From: a virus
Lineage: Duplodnaviria > Caudoviricetes
IMG/VR virus record: IMGVR_UViG_3300020045_000843
Coordinates: 1-36,874 of that record
Strand: one strand, 5' to 3'
Length of the DNA stretch: 36,874 bases
Below are positions 35,554 to 36,874 of the stretch, in pieces. The notes beneath the pieces were generated by a model that searched no databases, was not told the origin of the DNA, and worked only from the letters and a program-made list of their open reading frames with translations. How positions within the stretch are numbered: the stretch's first letter is position 1; each line of letters starts with the position of its first letter. The position numbers were made by a program, and so were the translations under genes.

Positions 35554-35567
35554 TGAGAAACCTAAAA
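35547..35567. repeat. 21-bp inverted repeat, copy 2
   Basis: CGCAGCATGAGAAACCTAAAA; located exactly at the truncation point of 35383-35553. Confidence 0.9.
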
Positions 35568-35569
35568 GA

Positions 35570-35598
35570 ATAATAGCGCATAGTTGAGCATTCTCAAC
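35570..35598 (-). promoter_or_regulatory. Leftward sigma70-like promoter with operator over the -35
   Basis: Minus strand TTGAGA-16 nt-TATTAT; GTTGA-gcattc-TCAAC at 35583-98. Confidence 0.6.
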
Positions 35599-35628
35599 CT
35601 AGGACAAACCCTAACAGGATAAAAAAAG

Positions 35629-36057
35629 ATGCCCACGTTACCAAAAAACAACAGATGCGAGGCGCTGCGCTGCGCCGAATTGAGGGTCGAGGGTTCTGCA
35701 TATTGCGAGGCCCACGGAGGGCGCAGGAAAATTAGCCTCGAACGTCATTCCCACAATGCGGCCTACAAATCGAAGGCATGGGCGCACATGAGGGCCGCGC
35801 AGCTATCCCGCGCCACATTGTGCGAACGATGCAAATCTGAGGGCATCATTACGCAGGCCGCCCACGTCGACCACGTTTTTCCGTGGGCCGTAATTGGGGG
35901 TGATTCGTTCAAGCGAAACATTTTTAGTTCGCTCTGCGCTCCGTGCCATTCGCTGAAAACCTCAATCGAACGTCGAGGCGTTTTTATGCGATATACCGAG
36001 AACGGCCCCATCGAATACACCTCGAACGACTATCGACGAATCGTTCTAGGCGAATAG
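35629..36057 (+). CDS. HNH endonuclease (terminase-associated, HK97 gp74-like)
   Basis: MP...C...C......YCEAH, Y.S..W...R..QL....LCERC, VDHVFP, SLCAPCHSLKT; AGGA SD. Confidence 0.88.
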   Translation: MPTLPKNNRCEALRCAELRVEGSAYCEAHGGRRKISLERHSHNAAYKSKAWAHMRAAQLSRATLCERCKSEGIITQAAHVDHVFPWAVIGGDSFKRNIFSSLCAPCHSLKTSIERRGVFMRYTENGPIEYTSNDYRRIVLGE

Positions 36058-36085
36058 CCCACGGCCTAGGCCCGTCCCTGCGCCC

Positions 36086-36874
36086 CTAGGCTGCGCCCTC
36101 GGCGTTTTCCTGCGAAAGCAGGATTAGCGAAATTCCGAGTTCGTGGGTGAGTTCCTGGAATGAGTTGGAGATCCCGCGAAGCTCAGCTTCCCCGCTGTCG
36201 CCTTTCACTCGCTCGCCGCGGACAAGCCCGACTTGGTCGACGATGGCGACCTTGATTCCGTGGAGGCGGTGGTATCGGCGGATTTCGGCAAGCTGGGTGG
36301 CAAGACGGCGGTTCGACGGCTTCCGAATGTGCAGCCCGTTGCTCGAGAGCTTCTCGGTGGCTCGGCGAATCGAAATCAGCTCCTCCTTGGACGGGTGACT
36401 GCGGCCGGAAAGCTCGGCGTATGCCTTGGGGTCCGTGATCGCGGCGTAAGGGAGTCTCGAGAGCTGGATGACGCACCGCTGGAAAGCGCTCGTCTCGGTT
36501 CGCTCGAGAATCAGGTAGAGCGTCGGAATCCCCTGGTCGACGAGCGCAGCTGCAATCTGCGTTGCCATGGTCGACTTGCCGCCACCTGAGCGGGCGGAAA
36601 TGATCCCAACTTGCTGCGGCTGCAATCCTTTCAGCATCCGATCCACCTCGAGAATGCCAGTCGGAATTCCGGGAGGTTTTTCGTGACCGGCTAATTTCTT
36701 CTCAAACTCCTCGATGAACTCTCGAGCGATCGCCTTAGTGTCTCTCGGGGGCTTGGCCGCGGCAGCAACGTCAAAAACCGCCGTGATAGGCCCTGAGAGC
36801 GCGTTTAGGAAGTTCCCGCTGTCATCACCCTCGGAGCAATCAAACGCCGCCTCAGTGGCCGCTGAGCACGCGGC
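36086..36874 (-). CDS. DnaB-like replicative helicase fragment (open at window edge, C-terminally truncated); probably foreign to this phage
   Basis: GIPTGI.EVD.ML.GLQP, Walker A ARSGGGKST, LE, IVDQVGLV, ILLSQ; stops a few residues after SQ. Confidence 0.8.
   Translation of the reverse strand, partial: AACSAATEAAFDCSEGDDSGNFLNALSGPITAVFDVAAAAKPPRDTKAIAREFIEEFEKKLAGHEKPPGIPTGILEVDRMLKGLQPQQVGIISARSGGGKSTMATQIAAALVDQGIPTLYLILERTETSAFQRCVIQLSRLPYAAITDPKAYAELSGRSHPSKEELISIRRATEKLSSNGLHIRKPSNRRLATQLAEIRRYHRLHGIKVAIVDQVGLVRGERVKGDSGEAELRGISNSFQELTHELGISLILLSQENAEGAA

Larger units (their letters stand above)
1..36085. mobile_element. Tailed dsDNA phage genome (siphovirus, HK97/lambda-like organisation), nearly complete; terminase small subunit not in window
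   Basis: Order terL-portal-protease-capsid-neck-tail-TMP-tip-lysis, divergent early operons, Cro, replication and nin-like region, terminal HNH. Confidence 0.95.

Noticed and set aside
36086-36874. Phage's own replicative helicase or a prophage attachment site
   Set aside because: Truncated, far from the replication module, different k-mer signature, and no integrase or att core evident

Overview
Nearly complete genome of a small lambdoid/HK97-like siphovirus (about 1-36085); a Betaproteobacterial host is inferred, not shown. Left arm (+): 5'-truncated terminase large subunit, HK97-type portal and prohead protease, TWO tandem HK97-fold capsid paralogues separated by a UUCG intrinsic terminator, neck and tail genes with a -1 frameshifted tail chaperone, tape measure, tail tip with an embedded GNAT, a Gly-rich fibre, and a lysis cassette (two holin-like genes, GH24 endolysin, no recognisable spanin). 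Middle: a leftward early operon (MarR-like winged helix, SSB-like, Gp157, many microproteins) diverging from a Cro-led operon (MazG-like, DUF1376 initiator with iterons, RusA-like, NinB, a repeat-linked modular protein, ferritin-like protein). No integrase or CI-type repressor is visible. A 16-bp operator-like palindrome recurs at 6 sites. Right end (33.1-36.08 kb): a compositionally distinct block of inward-pointing early genes, a long hairpin, a truncated gene, a perfect 21-bp inverted repeat and a packaging-type HNH. The last ~790 bp is a truncated DnaB-like helicase of different oligonucleotide signature, probably a chimeric join. All family assignments come from motif recognition and synteny by eye; no database searches were run.
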